Assembly: GCA_000175855.1 (NCBI GenBank)
Contig: ACYB01000031.1
Coordinates: forward strand, 60,001 to 92,000
Direction: 5' to 3'
DNA from: Raphidiopsis brookii D9
Lineage (GTDB): Bacteria > Cyanobacteriota > Cyanobacteriia > Cyanobacteriales > Nostocaceae
DNA: 32,000 bases
The position numbers and the translations under genes are program-made. The stretch's first letter is position 1; every line of letters begins with the position of its first letter. Of this stretch, positions 1-10,047 are shown in pieces. The notes beneath the pieces are model-generated. The model had not been told where the DNA came from and made no database searches. It saw only the letters and a program-made list of their open reading frames with translations.

Positions 1-691
1 CTGATTTGAGATATCTAGCTAACTGTCTAGCCTCTGTTGTTGCCTGCTTTAAAGTATCCACATCAGGACTCACCTCTATTTCTCTTTGTAAGACCTTCTG
101 ATGTGATTCTGGTAGTTTCTCCATTTCCTTAACTAAGGGAGCTATATATCTAGCAGGAAGGCTATTATCTGCAGCTTTCTCCCTCACTGGTGTGGGTAAT
201 AATTCTGAGGACATGGCAGTCCATTCATCAGTCAATTGACGAACTTCTCGACGAGTAATGCGATCGCCTTTTTGAGCTGCTTCACTGACCATTTGCTGTA
301 CCTCTGGGGTTGCTTTAGCAGTTTCCACAAAAGCCCGTTTGCTAAAATTATTGACTTTACCGGGGTCGAGCTTACCATCTTGTATTAAGGTATCAGCACT
401 ATTAGCCAGTTGAATCCATTGATATGCTTGACTTTTGCTAATTTCCCTTTCTTTTAACCATTGGATAAACCCAGTTCCCCTGCTGTCTCCACCTTTTTTT
501 TCCCGGTCACGGATGGCACGTAAAATCCGACCCCGCCAGATTTCTGTCTGGAGGTCAAAACGGTCACATACCTGCCAAACTACCTCTAACCTCTCTAAAA
601 AGTCAGTTTCGTCAATTTCTTCATCTTCTGGATCTGGTATTTCAAAGTCTAAATCCACAGGTTGTTGCAGTACAGCTGCAAGGTTATTCAT
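1..691 (-). CDS. conserved hypothetical protein, N-terminal part (ORF runs off the left edge)
   Basis: Own minus-strand translation. ATG at 691-689, then an open frame to position 1 (MNNLAAVLQQPVDLDFEIPDPEDEEIDETDFLERLEVVWQVCDRFDLQTEIWRGRILRAIRDREKKGG...TLKQATTEARQLARYLKS). It is missing from the ORF track because it has no stop inside the window. The + ORF 435..728 is its low-complexity antisense shadow. Confidence 0.6.
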   Translation of the reverse strand, partial: MNNLAAVLQQPVDLDFEIPDPEDEEIDETDFLERLEVVWQVCDRFDLQTEIWRGRILRAIRDREKKGGDSRGTGFIQWLKEREISKSQAYQWIQLANSADTLIQDGKLDPGKVNNFSKRAFVETAKATPEVQQMVSEAAQKGDRITRREVRQLTDEWTAMSSELLPTPVREKAADNSLPARYIAPLVKEMEKLPESHQKVLQREIEVSPDVDTLKQATTEARQLARYLKS

Positions 692-820
692 AGGGTCGGT
701 ATCTTGCACGATCAATAAATATGGATAAAATTTACGTATATTTGGAAATTATAGCTGACAATGTTGTCAAAATTTTCGAGCCTAGGAAAATAGAAAGTAT
801 CAAAACGCGACTAAACAAAA

Positions 821-1807
821 ATGAATCAGATCAACTATTTACGTATTAGTTTAATAGATCGCTGTAATTTTCGTTGTCTCTACTGTATGCCAAATGATAC
901 AGAATTAAACCATATTCTCAAAAAACAACTATTAACCAATGATGAACTATTAACCCTAATTCAAGACGTATTTATTCCTGTGGGATTTAACCGGTTTCGT
1001 TTAACTGGTGGTGAACCCTTACTCCGTCCCGGGGTGGTGGACTTGGTAAATAAAATTGCCCATCTCCCCCCAAACCCAAGATTTATCCATGACCACCAAT
1101 GGTTTTTATTAGCGCCCTTGGCACAGGATCTCTATAATGCAGGACTAACCAGAATTAACATTAGTTTAGACTCCCTTAACCCCAATACCTTTAATTTAAT
1201 TATTGGAGATCATAGTCCTCATGGTTGGGAACAAGTTTGGCATGGTATTCAATCCGCTTACAAGGTTGGATTTAACCCCTTAAAGTTAAATGTAGTGGTC
1301 ATTCCAGGTATCAATGACCATGAAATTCTCAACCTAGCTGCTCTAACCCTGGACAAAAACTGGCATGTTAGGTTCATTGAATTTATGCCCATTGGTAACA
1401 CCTCTCTGTTTAGCGATCGCGGTTGGGTATCTTCCGCACAATTACGAGATCAGATTGGTCAGCGTTGGGGTTTGACAGAATCACAGGTTCGTGGTAATGG
1501 ACCTGCGGATGTATTTCAAATTCCCGGAGCCAAGGGAACCCTAGGTTTTATCAGCCAGATGTCTGAATGCTTTTGTGATCGCTGTAACCGGCTGCGTCTT
1601 TCCGCTGATGGTTGGTTGCGTCCTTGTTTATTGAATGAATCTGGACAAATAGACCTAAAAACAGCCCTGCGATCGGGTCAGACCATGGGGGAGTTACAAC
1701 AACAAGTAGGGGAGCTATTACACCTGAAGTCAGAAATTAACTTTAAAGAGAGGAACCCGGGTACAATTGGCACTTACAGTCGTACCATGTCCCAAATTGG
1801 GGGATAG
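821..1807 (+). CDS. moaA: GTP 3',8-cyclase MoaA (radical-SAM molybdenum cofactor biosynthesis) with an internal frame-swapped segment
   Basis: N-terminal radical-SAM cluster motif CNFRCLYC. Also [11 protein letters not shown]-terminal CxxC..C ([21 protein letters not shown]) and the terminal SQIGG typical of MoaA. The conserved (S/T)TTNG motif is missing from the annotated frame but is encoded in the +1 frame at 1071-1106 (see findings). Confidence 0.85.
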   Translation: MNQINYLRISLIDRCNFRCLYCMPNDTELNHILKKQLLTNDELLTLIQDVFIPVGFNRFRLTGGEPLLRPGVVDLVNKIAHLPPNPRFIHDHQWFLLAPLAQDLYNAGLTRINISLDSLNPNTFNLIIGDHSPHGWEQVWHGIQSAYKVGFNPLKLNVVVIPGINDHEILNLAALTLDKNWHVRFIEFMPIGNTSLFSDRGWVSSAQLRDQIGQRWGLTESQVRGNGPADVFQIPGAKGTLGFISQMSECFCDRCNRLRLSADGWLRPCLLNESGQIDLKTALRSGQTMGELQQQVGELLHLKSEINFKERNPGTIGTYSRTMSQIGG

Positions 1808-1820
1808 AGTAGGATCAGCA

Positions 1821-1859
1821 CCAAAACTACTTAGTAGGATATAGGATAAGTAGTTTTGG
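1821..1859. terminator. hairpin between convergent moaA and rpsD (possible bidirectional terminator)
   Basis: Perfect 13-bp inverted repeat, CCAAAACTACTTA (1821-1833) / TAAGTAGTTTTGG (1847-1859), with a 13-nt loop. It lies in the 77-nt gap between two convergent genes. No strong U-tract. Confidence 0.4.
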
Positions 1860-1884
1860 ATAGACTCAAAAGCCAAAAGGCAAA

Positions 1885-2493
1885 TTATGCCTGACGTGAA
1901 TAGTATTCCACAACGAGCAGTTCATTCACCTGCAGTGCCACCCATTCCCGCTCAATCACACCATTGACCTTACCAGTCAACTTGTTCTTATCGAATTCCA
2001 AATGGTTAGGAAGATTAGCCAATCCAGGATACTGCAAATTATTTTCTACTAGTTTTCTGGATGCTTCCTTATCTTTAACACCAATTTCTTCTCCCGGACG
2101 ACATTGATAACTGGCAATGTTGACCACCCGTCCATTTATCGTCACATGACCATGACTGACTAATTGTCTTGCTGCTGAGATAGTGGGGGCCATTCCCAAT
2201 CGAAAAACCGTGTTATCCAAGCGCATCTCCAATAACTGAAGTAACACTTGTCCAGTAGAGCCAGTGACTCGTCTGGCCTTGCGAACATAGCGTAACATTT
2301 GCTTTTCCGTTAACCCGTAATTCAATCGGAGTTTTTGCTTTTCTTCCAGACGGATAGCATACTCAGATCTTTTCTTACGATTTTGACCGTGTTGCCCGGG
2401 TGCGTAAGCACGTCTGGCACTTTTGCGAGTTAATCCTGGTAATTCCCCCAGACGGCGCACAATTCTGAGGCGCGGACCTCTATATCGAGACAT
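1885..2493 (-). CDS. rpsD: 30S ribosomal protein S4
   Basis: [24 protein letters not shown]... N-terminus and an S4 RNA-binding domain. Length 202 aa. Confidence 0.95.
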   Translation of the reverse strand: MSRYRGPRLRIVRRLGELPGLTRKSARRAYAPGQHGQNRKKRSEYAIRLEEKQKLRLNYGLTEKQMLRYVRKARRVTGSTGQVLLQLLEMRLDNTVFRLGMAPTISAARQLVSHGHVTINGRVVNIASYQCRPGEEIGVKDKEASRKLVENNLQYPGLANLPNHLEFDKNKLTGKVNGVIEREWVALQVNELLVVEYYSRQA

Positions 2494-2610
2494 GAGTTTC
2501 CTTATCTAATCCTGTTTAAACTTTACCTAAACAATCCATTATCACATAAATTCTAGCAATTAGCCAAGAACTAGAGAAAATTGAGTGTCATGATGACTTA
2601 TTTTTCTGGT

Positions 2611-2640
2611 ATTATAGTCTTAATACTAAGTAGGTAGCAA
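2611..2640 (-). promoter_or_regulatory. candidate sigma70-type promoter for rpsD
   Basis: On the minus strand: TTGCTA (2640-2635), 18-nt spacer, TATAAT (2616-2611), about 115 nt upstream of the rpsD ATG. Based on motif resemblance only. Confidence 0.3.
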
Positions 2641-2652
2641 GTTAGTTGCACT

Positions 2653-2693
2653 AAAAAAGCCAAAGATCTCTGACCCTGAAGGTCAGAGATCTT
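2653..2693 (-). terminator. Rho-independent terminator downstream of CDS 2727..3626
   Basis: 13-bp perfect stem AAGATCTCTGACC (2663-2675) / GGTCAGAGATCTT (2681-2693) with a 5-nt loop. On the minus strand it is followed by TTTGGCTTTTTT (2664-2653). Confidence 0.6.
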
Positions 2694-2726
2694 GACAAAG
2701 AGAAATACGGCTAAGGTATTGGGAAT

Positions 2727-3734
<1,008 letters not shown>

Positions 3735-3739
3735 CTAAA

Positions 3740-4926
3740 TTAAGAGGGATATACTGGTAAAGTAAAATGAAACCAAGCGCCACCATTAGGGGTAGAATCT
3801 ACCCAAATCTGACCATAGTGGGCACGGATAATACGTTGACACAGGGATAAACCAATGCCATAGCCATCCGCTGCTTGATCTCGTTCCAGACGGAAATGAT
3901 TTTCGAAAATGTGATCTCGGTTTTCATGGGGAATACCAGGACCTGTATCACCAACACTAAATTGTACCTTTTGTGTTGTCCTATGCAGTCCTGCCAAACT
4001 AATTTTCCCTTCTTTGGGTGTGTACTTGATAGCATTGTCTAATAAATTAATCAAAACTTGACGAATTCTTTCTGGATCCGCATACACACAAGGCAGATCA
4101 GATGGAAGATCGGTCTCTACTGTTTGAGACTTACCAACATAACGATCTCGTAATTCTTCTAGTACTTCAAAACTGAGTTTGCCCAATTCCAACCTTTGTG
4201 GTGCTATATTAAAATCGTTATCGTTTTCGCGTCCGATTTCCAACAGATCGGCTATCATCCTATCAATAATCCGGGTTTGATGGCGGGCCTGTTTGAGTAA
4301 ATTTTCCGTCATGTTTGGTTTTAGGCGTTGAAACTAACCCAAGTCGGGATTATAATCGGATTGAAGAGTATCTATAGCTATGGCAGCAGCAGTTAAAGGG
4401 TTGCGAAGGTCATGAGCTAGCATAGCTATGATACGCTCTTTAAATTGTAACTGTTCTTGAAGTTTTGCTTTTCCTGGTTGAGGTAAAAAATCTGGTCTGA
4501 CAGCTTAATTCGCTCAGCAGAAAGGGCCACAGAGTGTATAGTAGATGGGGGGTGAGTCATAGAAATATCTGGTTCTGGAAGTTCGTGTAGGTCTTTCTGT
4601 AAAGCCAGGGATGTATCTATGACAGTTTGCCACCGTGGCCACCAATTTTGTAATTGGGCAATGATATTACTTCCAGCCAAAGTTTGTTGCGGTTCTGGAT
4701 GGATTTTGACTAAAGCTGGTGTTGCAACCAGTCTGAAATGTTCTGCTAAATAGGGTTCCTCTCGGACATCAATGATTTGCAGATCAAAACTATAGTCTAC
4801 TTCGAGATCTTGTAGGTACGCGCATATTCGTTGCACTTGTTGGCGAGACTTGGGTCTTCCATCAACAAAGAGCAACAGTTGGAGTGGAGCCTCAAAATGA
4901 ATAGGCTGATCCTGGGAAACTTCCAT
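3740..4926 (-). pseudogene. sasA: adaptive-response sensor histidine kinase SasA (KaiB-like N-domain + HisKA + HATPase_c), disrupted by one frameshift and one in-frame TAG
   Basis: ORF 4426..4953 carries the KaiB-like fold ([22 protein letters not shown]...VATPALVKI). ORF 3740..4312 carries the N, G1 and G2 boxes ([25 protein letters not shown]). The H-box ([25 protein letters not shown], 4409-4456) lies in a third piece that neither ORF covers. Confidence 0.8.
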
Positions 4927-5218
4927 GTAATCTTGTTTCAGCACTGGTAACAACCTGGCAACGCCTGAGAAATACTAAAATACTGAGTTACTTGGGCAAA
5001 ATTGTTTAAGTTAGACTAGTTATTCTATTCATCCCTAGTTTAGCACTCCAGATGTCCATAAATTCCATAAGTTAAAATTTATGGGGTTAGTAGCTGAATA
5101 AAAATATCTAGGCCTAGGCAATTCTTCCGAAATGCCTATATAATGAACGATATGGAGGCTCTAACCGGTTAGGGAATGCTAGTCTAGTAGTTAATATTAA
5201 ACATACTTGTGATTTTCT

Positions 5219-6592
5219 GTGGTTATTTATAAACCTTACACTACTTTTATTAGTATAACTGTTTCGCTATTTACCTTAACAGGTTGTGCTAATGCACCCG
5301 TTGCCAAAAACTGGGAACGTAATTTGGCTGCGGACCCGCAACTACAGGAGAGATCGGGACTTTTTGGTGTTCCTCAGCAGCAACAAACACCCCTAACACC
5401 TGTAGTTAGTTTACCTAGTGATTTTCCTAAAGTAATTCCCTTATATTCTAATGCTAAGTTGATAGAAGTTGAACGGTCACAAAATAATCCACAAGACCCA
5501 ACACATTTGACTATAACTCGCTGGGAAAGCTCTGATCCCAGTAACATGATTGCCGGTTTCTATGCTAGCAAACTGCAAACAGACAATTGGCAAATTTTAC
5601 AAAAGCCAGGAAATGATGGAGATGGGATCTTTGAAGCTCGAAAAACCGATATATTATTGAAGTTAACTATTAAACCTACAACAGTCACTAATACCAATGC
5701 AAGTCAACCTATAAGCTCCACTGAATTAACAATTGAATATCAGTTGAGTAACAACTTAAAAAACAGTGATTTAGGAGAAAATATAACGTCTCAACCTGAC
5801 CCATCCCCAATCATAACTGATTCAACTAACACCAGTCAACAATCTACTGAGCAAATTGACTACAATCAAAATTTCCATCCTCTGGAATTTACCGATTTAC
5901 CACAAGTACCATTAGAATGGAGAAAACCAATTGAGGATTTAGGCAAGTTGGGAGTTTTGTCCATAGATAATAAGGTGCTGAGGAATAATCAACAGACTAA
6001 AAAATATTCTGGGCAACCACAAAAACTGCAACCCAACAAAATAATTACACGCCGAGATTTTGCTAGATGGTTACTAACTGGTAACAATGTGATGTATGCT
6101 AATAAGCAGGCTAAAAAAATCCGTTTACCATCCCCGGGTTCCCAACCCATCTTTAAAGATGTTCCACCCACTGATGTTGATTTTCCGTTTATTCAGGGTT
6201 TAGCAGAAGCTGGACTAATTGCCAGTCCTCTCTCAGGGGATATAACGGAAGTCTTGTTTCGTCCCGATGCACCTCTAACCAGAGAAAACCTCCTAATGTG
6301 GAAAGTTCCCTTAGATACTCGTCAATCTCTACCCAATGCTAGTATGGAAGCAGTAAAGCAAACCTGGGGGTTTCAGGATACAGAAAAGATTGACCTAAAA
6401 GCCCTTAGAGCAGTCCTAGCTGACTTTCAAAATGGGGAACAATCAAATATTAGAAGAGTTTTTGGATATACAACTCTGTTTCAGCCTAAAAAAGCTGTGA
6501 CCAGAGGGGAAGCTGCTCTAACTATATCCTATTTTGGTTTTCAAGGTGAGGGAGTGTCAACGACGGAAGCACTAAAGTTAAAGAGTGAGTAA
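5219..6592 (+). CDS. putative lipoprotein with C-terminal SLH-like repeats
   Basis: Signal peptide plus lipobox (LFTLTGC). The C-terminal region has SLH-like motifs (ITRRDFARWLL; FKDVPPTDVDFPFIQGLAEAGLI...LTRENLLMW; VTRGEAALTISYF). GTG start as in the track. Confidence 0.55.
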   Translation: MVIYKPYTTFISITVSLFTLTGCANAPVAKNWERNLAADPQLQERSGLFGVPQQQQTPLTPVVSLPSDFPKVIPLYSNAKLIEVERSQNNPQDPTHLTITRWESSDPSNMIAGFYASKLQTDNWQILQKPGNDGDGIFEARKTDILLKLTIKPTTVTNTNASQPISSTELTIEYQLSNNLKNSDLGENITSQPDPSPIITDSTNTSQQSTEQIDYNQNFHPLEFTDLPQVPLEWRKPIEDLGKLGVLSIDNKVLRNNQQTKKYSGQPQKLQPNKIITRRDFARWLLTGNNVMYANKQAKKIRLPSPGSQPIFKDVPPTDVDFPFIQGLAEAGLIASPLSGDITEVLFRPDAPLTRENLLMWKVPLDTRQSLPNASMEAVKQTWGFQDTEKIDLKALRAVLADFQNGEQSNIRRVFGYTTLFQPKKAVTRGEAALTISYFGFQGEGVSTTEALKLKSE

Positions 6593-6616
6593 TATTGACT
6601 TACATAAGGTGTGTTT

Positions 6617-7048
6617 ATGCGTTTCCGATCAGTTATCCTAGTCTTTTTTGTTTGTTTAACTAGTTTTCTTGGATTGATAATTACTCCATCAGCTTTAGCA
6701 TTAACTAGTATTAAGCTGTTCGATTTATCCTATCAAGATTGTCCTTCAGACCTAGCTCAAGGTGCTGTGGTCAGTGGTAGTTCCAGATTCGCTAACTGTT
6801 TTATAATTACAGGCAAGGCAGAAAATGGCACTTACAAAACCGTTTATGATGCTGATGTATACGGTAGGATCTATGATGCAAACAATGACCCCATCTTACA
6901 AAATCGCTCCCGCTTGGGGTCAATTGCGCAAGTACCACCCGGTATCAGTAATTTTGAGTTAAGAATTTCTGTACCAGCTAATCAACCAACTCCACTCAAG
7001 TTGAAACAGTTTAAAGCATCAGGGTTTAGCACTATGATCCGAAAATAG
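6617..7048 (+). CDS. small secreted hypothetical protein, probably co-transcribed with 5219..6592
   Basis: Cleavable-looking signal peptide (MRFRSVILVFFVCLTSFLGLIITPSALA). Begins about 20 nt after the upstream stop. ATG 6617 is preferred over GTG 6611. Confidence 0.5.
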   Translation: MRFRSVILVFFVCLTSFLGLIITPSALALTSIKLFDLSYQDCPSDLAQGAVVSGSSRFANCFIITGKAENGTYKTVYDADVYGRIYDANNDPILQNRSRLGSIAQVPPGISNFELRISVPANQPTPLKLKQFKASGFSTMIRK

Positions 7049-7140
7049 ACCTATGCCTTTGACTTCTTCCCGATTTAAACAAATGGGGAGTGTCAATGAC
7101 TCCATCCAAAAACAATTCTACCAATTCAGTCATGGTTAGT

Positions 7141-7419
7141 CTAAAATCCCCCTAAAGAAGTTACACGACTAAGGTTCTCCAACAAACTAGAGACTATATT
7201 GAGTACCAAGAAGGCCAAAATAGGGGAAATATCAATACCCCCTAAGGAAGGAATGATATTGCGGAATAGGTTGAGGTAGGGGTCACTGACCTGACTTAGT
7301 GCAGCAAATGGCTGATTGTACCAGTTAATTTGTGGGAACCAGGTTAGCAGAACCCTGACGATTAGCACGTAGCTATAAATTTCCACAAAGGAGGCTAAAG
7401 TTTGGAAAAGTAAATACAT
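7141..7419 (-). CDS. YggT/Ycf19 family membrane protein
   Basis: 92 aa with two TM segments. Characteristic Y..LI.R.LL.W and P.L.P.R..IP..GG.D.SP motifs (YVLIVRVLLTWFP; DPYLNLFRNIIPSLGGIDISPI). Confidence 0.85.
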   Translation of the reverse strand: MYLLFQTLASFVEIYSYVLIVRVLLTWFPQINWYNQPFAALSQVSDPYLNLFRNIIPSLGGIDISPILAFLVLNIVSSLLENLSRVTSLGGF

Positions 7420-7447
7420 AGTTAGGGGAGTTTTTTACCTTAGGTGA

Positions 7448-7786
7448 TTATTCCTGAATTAACGAGGATTGAGAGGAAGTAGGAGAACTACTATTAACAC
7501 TGTTTAATTGTTCTCGCACATCATCAATTGTAGCATTGAGCTGGGCAATTTTGTCTTCTAGAGACCGCCTTGCTGTTTCCATGGCTAGATCTTGACTAAT
7601 TGCTGATTTCATCTGTTTTCTTCTCGTCCCACCTTTACCCACTTCTAAATCATCACTGTTACCTCCATCCTCCCTTTCTACTGTTTCCCTTCTCGATGCT
7701 AATACAGTGCCCAAAATGCCACCTACCACACCTCCAACAATTGTCCCCAGTAGAAAACCACTCCCAAACCCATCTTTCTGACTCAT
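7448..7786 (-). CDS. YtxH-like small membrane-anchored protein
   Basis: Gly-rich N-terminal helix (GFGSGFLLGTIVGGVVGGILGTVLASRR) followed by a charged coiled region. Family resemblance only. Confidence 0.5.
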   Translation of the reverse strand: MSQKDGFGSGFLLGTIVGGVVGGILGTVLASRRETVEREDGGNSDDLEVGKGGTRRKQMKSAISQDLAMETARRSLEDKIAQLNATIDDVREQLNSVNSSSPTSSQSSLIQE

Positions 7787-7828
7787 ACTTTCACCGCCTT
7801 CAATAAATAGTAGCTAATATGGTAGCTT

Positions 7829-8479
7829 TTAAGTACCAAAAATGCGATCGCCTGCATCTCCTAGTCCCGGAACAATGAATCCTTGGTCATCTAGGTTTTC
7901 ATCAATGGTGGCACTGTAGATGACTAATTGAGGATAAGTAGCATTTAGTCTTTGCAAAGCAGGTTTTGCTGCAATTACACAAACAATTCGAGTTAATGCT
8001 GGTTCCACACCTCTTTGTGTCAATTCTGCCATTGTTGCCATTATAGATCCTCCTGTGGCCAACATAGGATCGGCAATTAAAACCCTAGTGTCAGGGGCAA
8101 ATTTTTCTGGTAACTTATTGAGATAACAGGATGGCTCTAGGGTTTTTGCATCTCGGGTTAATCCCAAATGGTAAACACTAGCTAAGGGTAACACAGTTTG
8201 AGCTCCTTCCCATAAACCCAATCCTGCACGGAGAACAGGGACAACTGCTAGGGGTACTTGTGAATTGATAAAAGTGGCTGGGCATGGAGCTAAAGGAGTT
8301 TGAACTACGCTTTCTTGAGTAGGTAGCCATTCTCTAGTGGCTTCATAGGTTAACCACCTTCCTAATTCAGTAATAGCAGAGCGGAATAGCACTGAAGGGG
8401 TAGCTGCTTCACGAGCTACAGACAACCAGTGTTTAATTAAGGGATGGGGTGGGACATAAACAAGCAATTGTGGTTTCAT
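7829..8479 (-). CDS. upp: uracil phosphoribosyltransferase
   Basis: PRPP-binding motif VLIADPMLATGGS and C-terminal GLGDAGDRIFGT. Length 216 aa. Confidence 0.9.
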   Translation of the reverse strand: MKPQLLVYVPPHPLIKHWLSVAREAATPSVLFRSAITELGRWLTYEATREWLPTQESVVQTPLAPCPATFINSQVPLAVVPVLRAGLGLWEGAQTVLPLASVYHLGLTRDAKTLEPSCYLNKLPEKFAPDTRVLIADPMLATGGSIMATMAELTQRGVEPALTRIVCVIAAKPALQRLNATYPQLVIYSATIDENLDDQGFIVPGLGDAGDRIFGT

Positions 8480-8611
8480 GGAAAAAATTCTTTAGTGGAC
8501 AGGATCAAAAGGTTCCATAGTAGTATATTAGGTAGATTTCACATGAAACTCTTTTGTTTGATCCGGATTTTGATAGTATATTTCGTTAAATTCCCAACCT
8601 CATAATCAAAC

Positions 8612-9208
8612 ATGCACATGCGAGCAACTACGGGTGATATTAATGGCAAACCATCCCATCCCACATATTCCCCCTCCGTTCCTATTTCCGTTTATCGAGA
8701 ACTGGTGACAGAATTAAAAGCCATACAGTCCAAATTAGATGTGGTTACCAACCATAATCAAAAATTAGTCCAGGAAAATCAGTATTTATGCCAGGAAGTC
8801 AATCGAGTTGTTCAGTCTTGTTTGGAATTACAAAATTTGCTTGATTCCAAAAATGACCCTGGTAAATATTCTCAGCCGGGATTAAACACAGATTATAGCA
8901 CTAAGACTGGTCCCCACCCTACTAATACGGAGAATACACCCTATGATCATTCAAAATCTCTCAGGGAGCAACCTACCCACCCAAAAATGCACCCAAACCT
9001 AAGCCAGAACGGGATAAAAAAGAACACACAAATCAAGAACAAAACCCATATTAATTTTAAAACCACACCTAATCCATCTAAGTCCGTTAGTAGAGGAATA
9101 AATGGTTGGTGGTTGTTTTTAACCATTCTTGTGGTGATGGTTTCTGGTTTTAGTGCTGGATATTTAGTGGTGCGCCCCTTTTTGCAAAGGGCCCAAATTA
9201 CACGTTAA
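8612..9208 (+). CDS. hypothetical protein with coiled-coil segment and C-terminal TM anchor
   Basis: ORF only. Has a heptad-like region (YRELVTELKAIQSKLDVV...), a low-complexity middle, and a C-terminal TM helix (WWLFLTILVVMVSGFSAGYLVV). Its 3' end overlaps the gatD 3' end by 11 nt. Confidence 0.4.
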   Translation: MHMRATTGDINGKPSHPTYSPSVPISVYRELVTELKAIQSKLDVVTNHNQKLVQENQYLCQEVNRVVQSCLELQNLLDSKNDPGKYSQPGLNTDYSTKTGPHPTNTENTPYDHSKSLREQPTHPKMHPNLSQNGIKKNTQIKNKTHINFKTTPNPSKSVSRGINGWWLFLTILVVMVSGFSAGYLVVRPFLQRAQITR

Positions 9209-9995
9209 TCATTAAACTACTTGTCAATTTTAAACGATTAAACATAGACTCTCTTCCTTGTAGTGCTAAAGTATCATCTAAAGGTGAGAGTTCAAATTCT
9301 TGTTTATACTTGAGCTTTAATGCTGTGACAATTAACCAGTCCGCAACAAAGGGATTTTTAGGTAGTAGAGGACCATGTGAATAAGTGGCGATCGCATTTT
9401 GATAAAAAGCACCCTCAGTGCCATCTTCCCCATTATTACCTAGACCATAAACAACACGTCCTAGGGGTTCTACTGTTCCTAACTTAGTTCTACCCCCGTG
9501 GTTTTCAAAACCAACCAAATAGGGTTTAATTCCCGTCATTGCTTTTAGTTCTCGTGCTAAACGGGAAGCAGTCACCTCTATAACCAGATTGCCAATACAG
9601 CGTTTAGAGGTTTCTCCTGGGTGAACAGAAACTAAATCCAATATTCCTAAACCTTGTATTCTTTTTCCCAAAGCGGGTTCATAATAATGTCCTAGTAGTT
9701 GGGGTGAACCACAGGTAAAAACTCCCGGTGTACCTTGCTCTATTTTCTCCTTAATTGCGTCAGCTTTTGCTCCTTGTAAATCACGCATAACAATTTCTTG
9801 CTGACGGTCTTGGGCACCTCCCCCCACAATAACATCGACAGATTTGATGTCCTGGGGGGTGGAATTTTGGTCTAAGGGTAATATGGTGACATCGTATCCG
9901 CGCCATTGGGATCGACGTTGGAGAGTGATAACATTACCTCTATCTCCATAAGTGCTCATCAGTTTTGGATATAACCAACCAATAATAATTTCCAT
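9198..9995 (-). CDS. gatD: glutamine amidotransferase GatD-like (CobB/CobQ-type GATase, partner of MurT)
   Basis: Class-I GATase-like protein with a candidate nucleophile in VFTCGSPQLLG and a downstream SHGPLLPKNP His. Located immediately downstream of murT. Confidence 0.75.
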   Translation of the reverse strand: MEIIIGWLYPKLMSTYGDRGNVITLQRRSQWRGYDVTILPLDQNSTPQDIKSVDVIVGGGAQDRQQEIVMRDLQGAKADAIKEKIEQGTPGVFTCGSPQLLGHYYEPALGKRIQGLGILDLVSVHPGETSKRCIGNLVIEVTASRLARELKAMTGIKPYLVGFENHGGRTKLGTVEPLGRVVYGLGNNGEDGTEGAFYQNAIATYSHGPLLPKNPFVADWLIVTALKLKYKQEFELSPLDDTLALQGRESMFNRLKLTSSLMINV

Positions 9996-10047
9996 TTGAA
10001 GTCTGTTAGTTTTTTTTAAAAAGTGCCAGAAAAAAGAAGATAAAACA

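Noticed and set aside
435-728. Track ORF on + strand (97 aa)
   Set aside because: Low-complexity, Ser/Arg-rich translation lying antisense to a much better minus-strand ORF (1..691) that the track omits because it runs off the edge.
692-820. Possible Moco riboswitch upstream of moaA
   Set aside because: The interval is only about 130 nt, AT-rich and shared with a divergent gene. I could not find the paired GC-rich elements expected of the Moco RNA motif.
3799-4035. 78-aa minus-strand ORF nested in the sasA ATP-binding region
   Set aside because: It is an alternative frame inside a region whose main frame carries clear HATPase_c N/G1/G2 boxes. No independent support.
5056-5084. 9-bp inverted repeat CCATAAATT/AATTTATGG in the sasA-lipoprotein intergenic region as an operator
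   Set aside because: An AT-rich palindrome of this size is expected by chance in AT-rich intergenic DNA. There is no second copy or known motif to support a call.
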